Shown here in pieces: positions 9,706-19,700 of a DNA stretch of 64,000 bases. The position numbers and the translations under genes were made by a program. The number at the start of each line of letters is the position of its first letter. Within the stretch, counting starts at the first letter, position 1. Source of the DNA: a bacterium (lineage in GTDB: Bacteria; Patescibacteriota; Saccharimonadia; Saccharimonadales; SZUA-47); NCBI GenBank assembly GCA_030428125.1, contig JAUIBF010000001.1, positions 234,383 to 298,382 on the forward strand. The letters run 5' to 3'. Below the pieces are notes generated by a model, which saw nothing but the letters and a program-made list of their open reading frames with translations, was not told the origin of the DNA and searched no databases.

Positions 9706-11133
9706 ATGGCCCAGACCTTCTATTTTTATGACTTGGAGACCTCAAGTGGCAGTCCACGCGATGGACGGATTATGCAATTTGCGGGCCAGAGAACAGACGA
9801 AAATCTTGAGATAATTGGTGAGCCAGATAATATCCTGGTGCGTTTAGCAGATGACGTAATTCCTGAACCAGATGCTGTGTTAGTACATAAAATAACGCCA
9901 CAAAGGGCGCAAACAGAAGGCATCACTGAAGCAGAGTTTGCTAAGTTCTTTCAGGAAAAAATTGCTACTGCCGATACGGTTTTTGTGGGTTATAACAACA
10001 TTAGGTTTGATGATGAGTTTATGCGCAGGGTTTGTTATAGAACTTTTTACGATCCGTATCAATGGCACTGGAAAGACGGAAAAAGCAGGTGGGATTTACT
10101 TGATGCGATGCGAATGATGCGAGCTTTGCGACCTGAAGGCTTAAAGTGGCCGATGCTTGATGGCAAACCAACGGTAAAGCTCGAGTTAATGGCCAAAGAA
10201 AACGATTTATTGCATGAGAATGCTCATGACGCTCTCAGTGATGTTCAGGCATTAATACAGTTAGCACAAAAGTTCAAAAGTTCACAACCAAAACTCTTTG
10301 GCTATTTACTAAATGCTAGAAGTAAAAAAGCTGTTTCTTCGCTGGTAAGCTCTGGTGAACCGTTCGTCTACACTTCCGGAAAATACAGTAGTGAATATGA
10401 CAAAACTACAGTCGTTTATCCGTTGTTTGCACACCCTAGACGAGAAGCAGCTATTGTATATAATCTACGCGAAAATCCAGAAAAATGGTTCAATAAACCT
10501 GCGGAGGAGCTAGTTAAGCATTGGCAAGTAAGGTACGGTGATGACATTGAGCGTCTGCCGGTAAAAACTCTGCAATTTAATAAATGTCCGGCTGTTGCAC
10601 CGATGGGTGTTTTGGACGAGGAATCTCAGGATAGGCTGAGCGTTGATTTAGAAGAGATTTCTAAAAATTTGAGCATTATAAAAAGCAATCAAAACTTTAT
10701 TTCTGAGCTAGAAAAAGCGCTGGATATTATCGAAAACGCTCAACAAACAAAACTCTCTCTAGACGATTCAGTAGATAATAAAATTTACGATGAATTTTGG
10801 GTTGACTCCGATCAACGAGAACTGCAGCTAATTAGGGCAGCAGAACCAAATGAAATTAGTGGTCTAATAACTACAGTTAAAAACCAAAGAATCAGAGATA
10901 TGATTCCTTTGTACATAGCGCGAAATTTCCCTAACGTACTAGATAGTGAGCAGCGTGAGAAGTGGGAAGAGCACAGGCAAAAAGTGTTCTATGGAGGAGG
11001 AGAAAAAAGTAGATTTTCTAAGTTCTCCAAACGTATGCAAGAGTTAGGTAAGTCAAAGCTTAATTCGGAGCAAGAGTATCTTCTTACAGAGTTGCAGCTT
11101 TATGCCGAGTCAGTATTGCCGGAACCATCCTAG
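9706..11133 (+). CDS. sbcB: exodeoxyribonuclease I
   Basis: DEDDh exonuclease motifs (FYFYDLETSS, GYNNIRFDDEF, HDALSDV). Length is typical of SbcB. Confidence 0.85.
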   Translation: MAQTFYFYDLETSSGSPRDGRIMQFAGQRTDENLEIIGEPDNILVRLADDVIPEPDAVLVHKITPQRAQTEGITEAEFAKFFQEKIATADTVFVGYNNIRFDDEFMRRVCYRTFYDPYQWHWKDGKSRWDLLDAMRMMRALRPEGLKWPMLDGKPTVKLELMAKENDLLHENAHDALSDVQALIQLAQKFKSSQPKLFGYLLNARSKKAVSSLVSSGEPFVYTSGKYSSEYDKTTVVYPLFAHPRREAAIVYNLRENPEKWFNKPAEELVKHWQVRYGDDIERLPVKTLQFNKCPAVAPMGVLDEESQDRLSVDLEEISKNLSIIKSNQNFISELEKALDIIENAQQTKLSLDDSVDNKIYDEFWVDSDQRELQLIRAAEPNEISGLITTVKNQRIRDMIPLYIARNFPNVLDSEQREKWEEHRQKVFYGGGEKSRFSKFSKRMQELGKSKLNSEQEYLLTELQLYAESVLPEPS

Positions 11134-11306
11134 ATGGTCAAGTACTGAATCTTGTTTATAGCTTCTGTTAAAATTCGACTTTTTTCTTTGTACAAAAGAC
11201 TAATAAGATAGGCGAAACTAACAATACAAAACATTGTTGCTATATTATCGAAACCAATTTGAACTTCTGTCCCAGGTATATAACCCAGAACTATAAACTG
11301 CATCAT
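11130..11306 (-). CDS. possible small membrane protein (58 aa, below ORF-track cutoff)
   Basis: GAGAGGTGG Shine-Dalgarno-like sequence precedes ATGATG. Translates MMQFIVLGYIPGTEVQIGFDNIATMFCIVSFAYLISLLYKEK..., with one hydrophobic helix. Lies downstream of, and co-oriented with, the PGPGW gene. Confidence 0.3.
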   Translation of the reverse strand: MMQFIVLGYIPGTEVQIGFDNIATMFCIVSFAYLISLLYKEKSRILTEAINKIQYLTI

Positions 11307-11371
11307 TACTACAATGCCACCTCTCTTCTATTAAGCTTAAGGTAACATAAAATGGACTAAAAATCAAGTAT

Positions 11372-11818
11372 TTAGTTTGGTTTATTGCGTCTTGATGCCG
11401 GTCGTACTTTTTTATCCAGCCAAATTATACGGTCTCTATTGAGCATAAAAATAGTAGTAGAGCCTGCTAAAATCAAGTAACTGAATCCTTTCCAGAACCA
11501 GCCTTCGGCAACAACATTGAACCAAGTTCCGCCTACCAAACAAACTACAACAAAAATATCCCAAGCCCATTTAACCCAAGAGATGTCGGGGAAGAAAACG
11601 TGGCGTAGAGATTCGCTGCGAACTTTTGCATAATGCAACCATCTATCAGCCCAGTCATGATTTGCGGCAAGCAAGCCCAGGCCCGCGATTAACAGAGGAA
11701 TTCCACCCGGCCCAGGCAGGGGCCCCAGTAGTGGTACAAGAATCAAACAAATAACTCCTGCTATGTCGGTGAGTATGATTTTTATCACACTATTTCGTCG
11801 TTCTTCATCTTTTGACAT
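11372..11818 (-). CDS. PGPGW-motif transmembrane protein
   Basis: LLGPLPGPGGIPLLIAGLGLLA motif. Three to four hydrophobic helices. Confidence 0.6.
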   Translation of the reverse strand: MSKDEERRNSVIKIILTDIAGVICLILVPLLGPLPGPGGIPLLIAGLGLLAANHDWADRWLHYAKVRSESLRHVFFPDISWVKWAWDIFVVVCLVGGTWFNVVAEGWFWKGFSYLILAGSTTIFMLNRDRIIWLDKKVRPASRRNKPN

Positions 11819-11914
11819 GTACTCTAACAGTATACTTTATAACTTTTACACTTGTGAAAGAATAAATCTCTGCTACTCTAAGGGTAAGTTCAAGTGTAAA
11901 ACAAAGAGGTTAGA

Positions 11915-12718
11915 ATGCACACGAGACACATAAACAGAAATCCTAGGGGCGGATTGTACCCCGGGAGAAGAGAAGTTGATACTAGACCAGATATTGAGTC
12001 AGTGAAAGTTCCAAGTGTAAAGATAGGTCGTTATGTTGATTTTAGTGGTGATGGGGTGCTGTTCGCCAACTACCTTAGGCGACTAGAACTAGATGAAGGC
12101 AACGCTAGAGGACTCTCAAAAGGATGGTTCTCAATAGCCATGTCACCTATTTTTGTAGAGTACGCAGACATAACAACAGGCTTAGGTGAAATGCTGGTTG
12201 ATAGAGCAAGACCTCGAACGTATGCAGGCGAAGTTCGCAGAACCGTTGAAAGTTTACGCACCAATATAAGAGGTATCACAGCTAGCGACAGTGAGAGAGT
12301 AGATAAACTTAATGCATCAAGAAAAGAAGCAGTCGCAACGGCTATAGCAAATGGCGATCATGTTGATGAGATTCAAGAATTTTCCTGGCTGCATGAACCG
12401 GAGTCATCAAGATGGGGTACATCGTTATTTAGTCTTTTAAAGCAGCCCAAGGTTATGGCTACAAGTGGGAGCACCACTGCACACGAATACGGATTTCCGA
12501 TAGCGCAAGGCTTACAAGACCAGATTTTACGAGATGATCTTGCAGAGTTAATCAAAAGCGAAGGCTTACCACTACCTGAGCAAATGCAAAAAGGAAAACG
12601 ACCGGTAGTGCCAGCATTGTCTCTGCACAGAGAATTGTCAGGAATGGTGGGAGGAGAGCCAGTTTTGCCAGTTCCTCCTCAAGTACAGCTCGGACCACTA
12701 GAAATTCATCGATTTTGA
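11915..12718 (+). CDS. hypothetical protein (orphan, 267 aa)
   Basis: Long ORF with AGAGG Shine-Dalgarno-like sequence upstream. No motif recognised. Confidence 0.6.
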   Translation: MHTRHINRNPRGGLYPGRREVDTRPDIESVKVPSVKIGRYVDFSGDGVLFANYLRRLELDEGNARGLSKGWFSIAMSPIFVEYADITTGLGEMLVDRARPRTYAGEVRRTVESLRTNIRGITASDSERVDKLNASRKEAVATAIANGDHVDEIQEFSWLHEPESSRWGTSLFSLLKQPKVMATSGSTTAHEYGFPIAQGLQDQILRDDLAELIKSEGLPLPEQMQKGKRPVVPALSLHRELSGMVGGEPVLPVPPQVQLGPLEIHRF

Positions 12719-12760
12719 CAAAATTACCACTAAGTATTGTGGTATAATCATTTTTAAGGG

Positions 12761-13441
12761 ATGGCAAGAGTAGCAATATTTGAAACATATGCTCCGGTGC
12801 ACTTTGACGGCGAAGAAGATTTTTTCGGTAGAGTCACTGCACTAGTGAGAGACCACCTAGATGATAATAGGTCATCTGGTGGTGTTGTCACGCGAACAAG
12901 CGATAGATTGATTGCTGGCGTAAGCAACCGAGCACAAGTTTTCAACGAGGGCAGGTACTACTTCGGCAGACTATTAGTTCCCAATGTTACGCACAACAGT
13001 AGAAAATTGGACCAAATTCGCGATCAGCTTCTTGAACCAGATGGTGCATACACTAAGTTTGCCGGTGCTCTTATGGAGCTGACAATTGATAAAATTTCAA
13101 CGGTTGAAATTGGAACAGCAGCAGGCAGAAACACATTGATTGTTGCCGGTAATTCCAGACAACTAGATCCAGACATCAAAGTAGTTGATAACTCACTTGC
13201 AGAGTACACAGATGTAGTTGTGGATGCGACTAATAACTTAGTGAGGAGAAGGCAGTCAATGGAAGGCGCTAGTTTTAATACCCTTAATGGCTGTATGCCG
13301 ATTGCCTCTCTAGGCAATGTTGCAACTACGGGTATTGATACCGAACTGCTGGTCAAGAACATAGGTGAATTGGTCGAGGATCCACTAGAAACCTTTGTAG
13401 AGATACCGCAGGATGGTCTGGTGACAGTACTCAAGAGTTAA
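12761..13441 (+). CDS. hypothetical protein (orphan, 226 aa)
   Basis: Long ORF preceded by TGGTATAAT. No motif recognised. Confidence 0.6.
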   Translation: MARVAIFETYAPVHFDGEEDFFGRVTALVRDHLDDNRSSGGVVTRTSDRLIAGVSNRAQVFNEGRYYFGRLLVPNVTHNSRKLDQIRDQLLEPDGAYTKFAGALMELTIDKISTVEIGTAAGRNTLIVAGNSRQLDPDIKVVDNSLAEYTDVVVDATNNLVRRRQSMEGASFNTLNGCMPIASLGNVATTGIDTELLVKNIGELVEDPLETFVEIPQDGLVTVLKS

Positions 13442-13451
13442 ATCTTACATT

Positions 13452-13480
13452 TTGACCGATACAAAATAAGTATTTATAAT
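13452..13480 (+). promoter_or_regulatory. promoter TTGACC-17-TATAAT ending 9 nt before the uvrA ATG
   Basis: TTGACC at 13452-13457, TATAAT at 13475-13480, ATG at 13489. Confidence 0.6.
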
Positions 13481-13488
13481 AGAATGTC

Positions 13489-16305
13489 ATGTCTGAGGTG
13501 ATAAAGGTTCAGGGTGCTCGAGAGCACAATCTGAAAAATATCGATATAGATATACCCCGCAACAAGCTGGTGGTTATTACTGGATTGAGTGGATCTGGTA
13601 AATCTTCGTTAGCGTTCGACACTATTTATGCCGAAGGTCAACGACGCTACGTCGAATCTTTGAGTGCCTATGCACGCCAATTTTTGGGACTTATGGAAAA
13701 ACCCGATGTAGATTACATCGAAGGCTTAAGCCCAGCGATATCAATTGACCAAAAATCTACTTCTAGAAATCCTCGCTCAACTGTCGCGACTGTCACAGAA
13801 ATTTATGATTATTTGCGACTACTTTACGCACGGATTGGGACTGCACACGGACCTGATGGCAAGCCAATTCAGACAATGACCACTCAGGACATTGCCGAAG
13901 GTGTAGAACGTCTACCCGGAGGCCATAGGTTGATGGTTTTAGCGCCCGTAGTTATCGATAAAAAAGGTGAGCACGCCCATATTCCAGAACTATATACTCG
14001 TCAAGGTTATGCAAGAGTTCGCGTTGATGGAGTCGTGTACAGCTTAGAAGAATTTCCGAGTTTAGATAAAAAATACAAACACAATATTGAAGTGGTCGTT
14101 GATAGGGTAGTCAATAATGAAGATCAAAAAAGCCGAATATTCCAAGCTGTAGAAAACGCTTTGCAGTTGGCCGATGGACAGCTGGCTGTTCTTGATGTCG
14201 ATGATGAAGATAAACTACACCGGTTTTCACAGAGATACTACAATCCAGATTACCCGGATTTCATTGCGCCGGACATGGAGCCACGGACATTTAGTTTTAA
14301 TAACCCACACGGGGCCTGTCCAGTATGTACAGGTCTTGGTAACAGACTAGAAGTCGATCCGGAACTAGTAATGCCAAACGGTAAGTTGACAATTGCAGAA
14401 GGGGCGATTCGTCCGTACAATCGGATGGCTCCTGATGCATGGAATATGAAGAAGATGGCAGCCGTTGCTGAGAGGTACAAGTTTTCAATCCATGTTCCGA
14501 CGTCAGAACTTACTGAATCACAATTAGAAAAAATCTTGTACGGGACGGCCAGAGAAACTTACTCAATTGCTCTCGGGTCTGGTAGATATTTCGACACAAC
14601 TTATGAAGGCGTTATACCAAATCTCGAACGACGCCACAAAGAGACCGACAGTGACTTTATGCGTCGTGAAATTGAGCGATTCATGGTTGAGCGTCCATGC
14701 CACGCCTGTCATGGCAAGCGTCTGAAACCCGAAGTTTTGGCGGTTACGGTTCACAATCAATCAATCATGGACATTTGTGAGTTGCCTGTTGCAGACGCAG
14801 TTGAGTTCTTTGCCAAACTAAAATTAAGCGAGAGAGAGCTTAGGATCGCTAAGCAAATTATTAAAGAAATTAACGACAGGCTCAGATTCCTGCATGAAGT
14901 CGGGCTAGGCTATCTAACACTAGCCAGAAGTGCTAGTACCTTGTCTGGTGGAGAAGCTCAGAGAATTAGACTGGCAACGCAAATAGGTTCAGGATTGCAG
15001 GGTGTTTTGTATGTTTTGGACGAGCCATCAATAGGCCTTCATCAGCGTGATAACGAACGGTTGATAGCGACACTGAAGCGACTGAAAGAACTAGGTAATA
15101 CAGTAATTGTTGTCGAACACGATGAAGATACAATCAAAACCGCAGATTATTTAGTAGATATTGGTCCGAAAGCTGGAGTTCATGGAGGTGAAGTAGTAGC
15201 ACACGGGAAGCCTGAAGATGTAGCAAAAACTAAAGCCAGCATTACGGGTCAGTATTTACGCGGTGAACTAAAAATTGACATGCCAAGAACCAGGCGTAAA
15301 GGTAGCGGTAAAACATTAAATGTTCGTGGTGCGCGTGAGCACAACTTAAAAAACATTGATGTAGAAATCCCGTTAGGCAAGATGGTGGTTGTCAGTGGAG
15401 TAAGTGGTTCCGGCAAAAGTACATTAATTAACGACATTGTTGCAAAAGAACTGCACGTAAGGCTTAATCGTGCTCACGAGGCAGTTGGTAGGCATGATGA
15501 TATTGAGGGAATCGATAACCTGGACAAAGTTATTATCATTGATCAGTCGCCAATTGGTAGAACCCCTCGGTCTAATCCTGCAACATATGTTGGACTTTTC
15601 ACTCCAATTAGAGACTTATTTGCTGCAACCCCTGAAGCGAAAATTAGGGGCTACAAGCCAGGCAGATTCAGCTTTAACGTTAAGGGTGGACGTTGCGAAA
15701 ACTGTCAGGGCGACGGAATGATAAAAATTGAAATGCACTTTTTGCCTGATGTTTATGTCCCGTGTGAAGTTTGTAAGGGCAAGCGCTACAACCGTGAAGC
15801 ACTAGAAATTCACTACAAAGGTAAAACCATTGCCGACATTTTAGAAATGACAGTCGAGCAGGCGTTCGAATTTTTCCAGAACATACCAGCAATAGCACGT
15901 AAGTTAGAAACACTAGTTCAGGTAGGCTTGGGCTACATGCATCTGGGCCAGTCCGCAACAACACTGTCAGGCGGAGAAGCTCAGAGAGTGAAGCTTGCTA
16001 CCGAGCTGTCTAAACGCTCAACAGGCAGAACGCTTTATGTATTGGACGAGCCAACAACGGGGCTGCATATGGATGATGTAAATAGGTTGCTCGAAGTTTT
16101 GCATGCCCTGGTCGATACAGGCAACAGCATGGTGATAATCGAACACAATTTGGACGTGATCAAAAACGCAGATCACATTATAGATATGGGTCCAGAAGGT
16201 GGAGCAGGTGGTGGACAGGTAATTGCCGAGGGCACACCTGAGCAAGTCTCTAAAGTAAAAGATTCATTTACCGGTCAATTTTTAAAAAACATCATAGCTA
16301 AATAA
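13489..16305 (+). CDS. uvrA: excinuclease ABC subunit A
   Basis: Two ABC modules ([18 protein letters not shown]; LSGGEAQR twice). Zinc-finger CxxC pairs. 938 aa. Confidence 0.97.
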   Translation: MSEVIKVQGAREHNLKNIDIDIPRNKLVVITGLSGSGKSSLAFDTIYAEGQRRYVESLSAYARQFLGLMEKPDVDYIEGLSPAISIDQKSTSRNPRSTVATVTEIYDYLRLLYARIGTAHGPDGKPIQTMTTQDIAEGVERLPGGHRLMVLAPVVIDKKGEHAHIPELYTRQGYARVRVDGVVYSLEEFPSLDKKYKHNIEVVVDRVVNNEDQKSRIFQAVENALQLADGQLAVLDVDDEDKLHRFSQRYYNPDYPDFIAPDMEPRTFSFNNPHGACPVCTGLGNRLEVDPELVMPNGKLTIAEGAIRPYNRMAPDAWNMKKMAAVAERYKFSIHVPTSELTESQLEKILYGTARETYSIALGSGRYFDTTYEGVIPNLERRHKETDSDFMRREIERFMVERPCHACHGKRLKPEVLAVTVHNQSIMDICELPVADAVEFFAKLKLSERELRIAKQIIKEINDRLRFLHEVGLGYLTLARSASTLSGGEAQRIRLATQIGSGLQGVLYVLDEPSIGLHQRDNERLIATLKRLKELGNTVIVVEHDEDTIKTADYLVDIGPKAGVHGGEVVAHGKPEDVAKTKASITGQYLRGELKIDMPRTRRKGSGKTLNVRGAREHNLKNIDVEIPLGKMVVVSGVSGSGKSTLINDIVAKELHVRLNRAHEAVGRHDDIEGIDNLDKVIIIDQSPIGRTPRSNPATYVGLFTPIRDLFAATPEAKIRGYKPGRFSFNVKGGRCENCQGDGMIKIEMHFLPDVYVPCEVCKGKRYNREALEIHYKGKTIADILEMTVEQAFEFFQNIPAIARKLETLVQVGLGYMHLGQSATTLSGGEAQRVKLATELSKRSTGRTLYVLDEPTTGLHMDDVNRLLEVLHALVDTGNSMVIIEHNLDVIKNADHIIDMGPEGGAGGGQVIAEGTPEQVSKVKDSFTGQFLKNIIAK

Positions 16306-16715
16306 TGAAAACATCGCCGGTTTGTACTTTTAGTAACTTGTCCAATCCGGACATCGCCAATAATTTCCATGCGATTCAAGTAATTGATAGAGCCGCGACC
16401 GACTGCCTAGACACCGACCCCTACGATGAACCACAAAGAGCAGCCGCGCTTTTAGCAATACTTTTTGCTACTGTGCAAGAGCAACAACCAAAGAGAATTT
16501 ACTTCGAAGGAAACGACACCTCGATAATGGCGCAGTCATATTACGCCCTGGATGACCTATGGTTAGAAGATGACCTAGAGCTTTTTGAAGACCCAAAGTC
16601 ATTTATTGAGCGCAATAAAAGGCTAAACGTATATCTTGAAGCTACATGCTTGCTACTGTCGAACATGGATTTAAATCCCAACAATAATCCAATTGTTGCG
16701 GCGCTCGATAGTTGA
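16305..16715 (+). CDS. hypothetical protein (orphan, acidic, 136 aa)
   Basis: The ATG shares its A with the uvrA TAA stop (TAATG). No motif recognised. Confidence 0.55.
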   Translation: MKTSPVCTFSNLSNPDIANNFHAIQVIDRAATDCLDTDPYDEPQRAAALLAILFATVQEQQPKRIYFEGNDTSIMAQSYYALDDLWLEDDLELFEDPKSFIERNKRLNVYLEATCLLLSNMDLNPNNNPIVAALDS

Positions 16716-16756
16716 GTTCAATCTGTTATAATAGTATTAAAGAAACGAGGAAAATA

Positions 16757-17416
16757 ATGTCAGACAGTATTGAATTAGTAGCAGAGAAACGTGAAATTAC
16801 CGGTAAAAAGGTACGAGCTTTGCGAGCTGAGGGTTACATCCCAGCAACGGTTTATGAAAAAGGAAAAGACTCAATCAATGTTAGAGTTCCGTATATTCCA
16901 CTAACAAAAGCTTATGCAACAGCAGGGCAGGGACAACCAGTAGAGCTAACTGTTGATAAGAAAAAAATCCTAACTATGATCAAGGATGTTCATATTGACC
17001 CTGCTAAAAATACTATTATGCACGTTGCTTTTCATGCAGTGAACGCTAATGATCCGGTGGAAGCTGAAATTCCTGTGCATATTGAAGGTGATGTTCCTGC
17101 TGAAAAGGCTGGAAACTTTATTGTCCGACCAAACGACCACGTACTAGTGAAAGCATTGCCTGCAGACCTGCCTGAAGTATTGAACGTAAGTGCCGAAAAA
17201 CTAGTAGAGCCCGGCGATCACATCACTGTTGCTGATATTGCTGCAGTTCCAAAAGTAGAGATTCTTGCAGAGCCAGAAACCGTGTTAGCTACAGTTGAAG
17301 AGCCACGAAAAGTCGAAGAAGAACCAGAAGAAGCTGAAGTTGACGCAGCCGATGTGCCAAGCGCTCACGGTGGCGATGAGGGTGATTCCTCCGAAGAGCC
17401 AAAAGAAGACGAATAG
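16757..17416 (+). CDS. rplY: ribosomal protein L25/Ctc with acidic C-terminal tail
   Basis: MSDSIELVAEKREITGKKVRALRAEGYIPATVY is a typical L25 N-terminus. GAGG Shine-Dalgarno sequence precedes the ATG at 16757. The ORF-track start at 16712 lies over a TGTTATAAT box. Confidence 0.85.
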   Translation: MSDSIELVAEKREITGKKVRALRAEGYIPATVYEKGKDSINVRVPYIPLTKAYATAGQGQPVELTVDKKKILTMIKDVHIDPAKNTIMHVAFHAVNANDPVEAEIPVHIEGDVPAEKAGNFIVRPNDHVLVKALPADLPEVLNVSAEKLVEPGDHITVADIAAVPKVEILAEPETVLATVEEPRKVEEEPEEAEVDAADVPSAHGGDEGDSSEEPKEDE

Positions 17417-17428
17417 GCGTAACCGTTA

Positions 17429-17457
17429 TTGACATATTTAGTCATATTTGGTATAAT
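17429..17457 (+). promoter_or_regulatory. consensus promoter TTGACA-17-TATAAT
   Basis: TTGACA at 17429-17434, TATAAT at 17452-17457, ATG at 17466. Confidence 0.7.
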
Positions 17458-17465
17458 ATTATACT

Positions 17466-17789
17466 ATGACAGAGTATGCCTCCGAAACCCCCATCTTTGA
17501 TATAGGACAACCCGAATCAGCAAGCACAGTCCTAGATGTTGCACCTAATTCCTCTAAGTATTTTAGGTGTGAAGATGGTAATCTACTAAGCCCAGTAGAT
17601 ACGGTTACGATGTTAACCAGGCTAGAACTCGATGTTGACCCTCATCAAATTCAACAAATGGTAGAGCCTAGCCTTTTAGGGATAGCAAACGCAACGCATG
17701 TTGCGATCCTCCAGCATCACAACGAAAGAATCCGTCGTGCGCTAGATGCTAGTACGTGGTTTACGGAGTATTCTCAGATTCAAGCTTAG
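17466..17789 (+). CDS. hypothetical protein (orphan, 107 aa, 1 Lys)
   Basis: ORF directly behind a consensus promoter. Its 3' end overlaps the convergent ABC exporter gene by 4 nt. Confidence 0.55.
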   Translation: MTEYASETPIFDIGQPESASTVLDVAPNSSKYFRCEDGNLLSPVDTVTMLTRLELDVDPHQIQQMVEPSLLGIANATHVAILQHHNERIRRALDASTWFTEYSQIQA

Positions 17790-19558
17790 TCGTCTTGTAA
17801 GAAGCCACCAGATTGATGTTTCCAAAGCCTCGCGTAGCGTCCATTTTTCTTTTTAACTAGTGCAGAGTGTGAGCCTTCCTCTACAATTTTTCCTTCGTCC
17901 AGGACTATTATTCTGTCCATTTTTTGAATTGTACTTAGGCGATGAGCAATCACAATTGCTGTCTTGCCTTCCATCAATTTCCACAGAGCATCCTGTATTA
18001 ACTGTTCACTCTCAGAGTCAAGTGCAGAGGTAGCCTCATCAAGCAATAGAATTGGTGCATCTTTAACCATCGCTCTTGCGATTGCAACTCGTTGTTTTTG
18101 GCCTCCGGATAGTTTAACTCCACGCTCGCCGACTAGTGTTTCGTAACCTTTTTCAAGAGAATTTATGAATTCGCTAGCATGCGCGTTATCAGCTGCTTTG
18201 GTTATATCTTCGTCGCCTGCATTCTCGTCTCCGTATGCGATATTTTCACGTAGTGAACGATGGAAAAGCAACGGTTCTTGTGGAACGTAACTGACAATAC
18301 TGCGTAAATTGTCTTGTGTAACATCACGGATATCGACACCATTAACCTTAATTGATCCAGATTGAATGTCTTTAAATCTAAGAAGAAGTTTGGTCAAGGT
18401 AGTTTTACCCGAGCCTGAATGACCAACCAGGCCTATCTTTTCTCCATTTTTAATATTCAAATCAAAGTCTTCGAATAATTTATTGTTGTCGTGTGAAAAC
18501 GTGACATTCTCAAAATTAATCCGTCCATCATCATTAGGCATATTTACAGGATTTGCAGGGTCAACAATTTCTGGCTTGCGCATTAGGTTTTGTGCACCTT
18601 CTTCTGCATCGCCAAGTGATTTGTTTAGGTTACGCAAGGTGCGCTGAGAAAAGTCCCACAACCTTATGGTTAGATTGGTTGTATATGTGTATACCAGAAA
18701 TACCGTCCCGATTTCAGCATCATAAATCATGACGCTAACAACGGCCATTATTAGAGCTAGTGAAGAAATAGTGCCCGTCGATAGAGCAAAGATGTTTTCA
18801 CGATGAAGCTGCGCCCATTTAAGTTTATGCGTAGAGTTCTCCAAAGTTTTTGTAGCTCGTGCGAATCTGGAGTTCTCATAAGATTTTCTTGCAAAACTTT
18901 TTACTGCCAACACATTGGTAATCATGTCTGCCAGATAGCCTGTCACAATGTTCTGCTTTGAGGCTTCTACCGAAGAAAGCTGACGTATTCTTTTGGTAAT
19001 TTTTACTGCAATAACCATGTAAACTACCGAAAGAGTGTAGAACATTATCACGTAAGTAGGCACTCTAGACCAAAGTACTATCCCTGTTGCAATAAAAATA
19101 GTAAGTAGCCCATAAACCTCGAACACAAAGGTATCGGCTATGCGTATATAGCTGCCTACGAGCTTGTTGCTTCTAGAAACAAGCGAGCCTCCAAATGAGT
19201 TGTTATGGAACTCCATATCTATCTCAGTAAAGTGATTAAAAATCCTGCGCATTAAGTCTCTAACAACTTTGGCTTCTACCGTCCAGACAATGTAGATAAC
19301 AATTCTCCAACCAATCGTGTTCGTAAAAAGGATAAGACCTGTATACAGAAGAAGCTCAGGACCGAACGAAGCCCAAACTTCACCTGATGTAAACTCCCCG
19401 GCAGTTAGTTTGTTTAACACGTCAGCAGCAATTAGTGGGGGGATTATCTGGTTTAAGATTAAAAGTATCGGATGCCAAATCAGCAATACTAGGACGTATT
19501 TTTTATACTTCCATGCATGTTCAAAATATAGCCTAAATATATACTTCGTTACTGACAT
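17786..19558 (-). CDS. ABC exporter, fused permease/ATPase (MsbA/type I exporter-like)
   Basis: Six-TM N-domain. Walker A GHSGSGKTT, signature LSGGQKQR, Walker B ILLLDEATSALD. Confidence 0.9.
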   Translation of the reverse strand: MSVTKYIFRLYFEHAWKYKKYVLVLLIWHPILLILNQIIPPLIAADVLNKLTAGEFTSGEVWASFGPELLLYTGLILFTNTIGWRIVIYIVWTVEAKVVRDLMRRIFNHFTEIDMEFHNNSFGGSLVSRSNKLVGSYIRIADTFVFEVYGLLTIFIATGIVLWSRVPTYVIMFYTLSVVYMVIAVKITKRIRQLSSVEASKQNIVTGYLADMITNVLAVKSFARKSYENSRFARATKTLENSTHKLKWAQLHRENIFALSTGTISSLALIMAVVSVMIYDAEIGTVFLVYTYTTNLTIRLWDFSQRTLRNLNKSLGDAEEGAQNLMRKPEIVDPANPVNMPNDDGRINFENVTFSHDNNKLFEDFDLNIKNGEKIGLVGHSGSGKTTLTKLLLRFKDIQSGSIKVNGVDIRDVTQDNLRSIVSYVPQEPLLFHRSLRENIAYGDENAGDEDITKAADNAHASEFINSLEKGYETLVGERGVKLSGGQKQRVAIARAMVKDAPILLLDEATSALDSESEQLIQDALWKLMEGKTAIVIAHRLSTIQKMDRIIVLDEGKIVEEGSHSALVKKKNGRYARLWKHQSGGFLQDD

Positions 19559-19700
19559 TTTTCCTCAAACTTTTTTGTATTGGACCGGCTTTTAATTTTT
19601 ATTCTAGCCGTTCTTGCAAGAATTTAAATTTAGAAGGTTAACTATACTCTAGTTTAAATTCTAATGCAAACACCTTTATTTTATCTGTTAGAATTATTTT

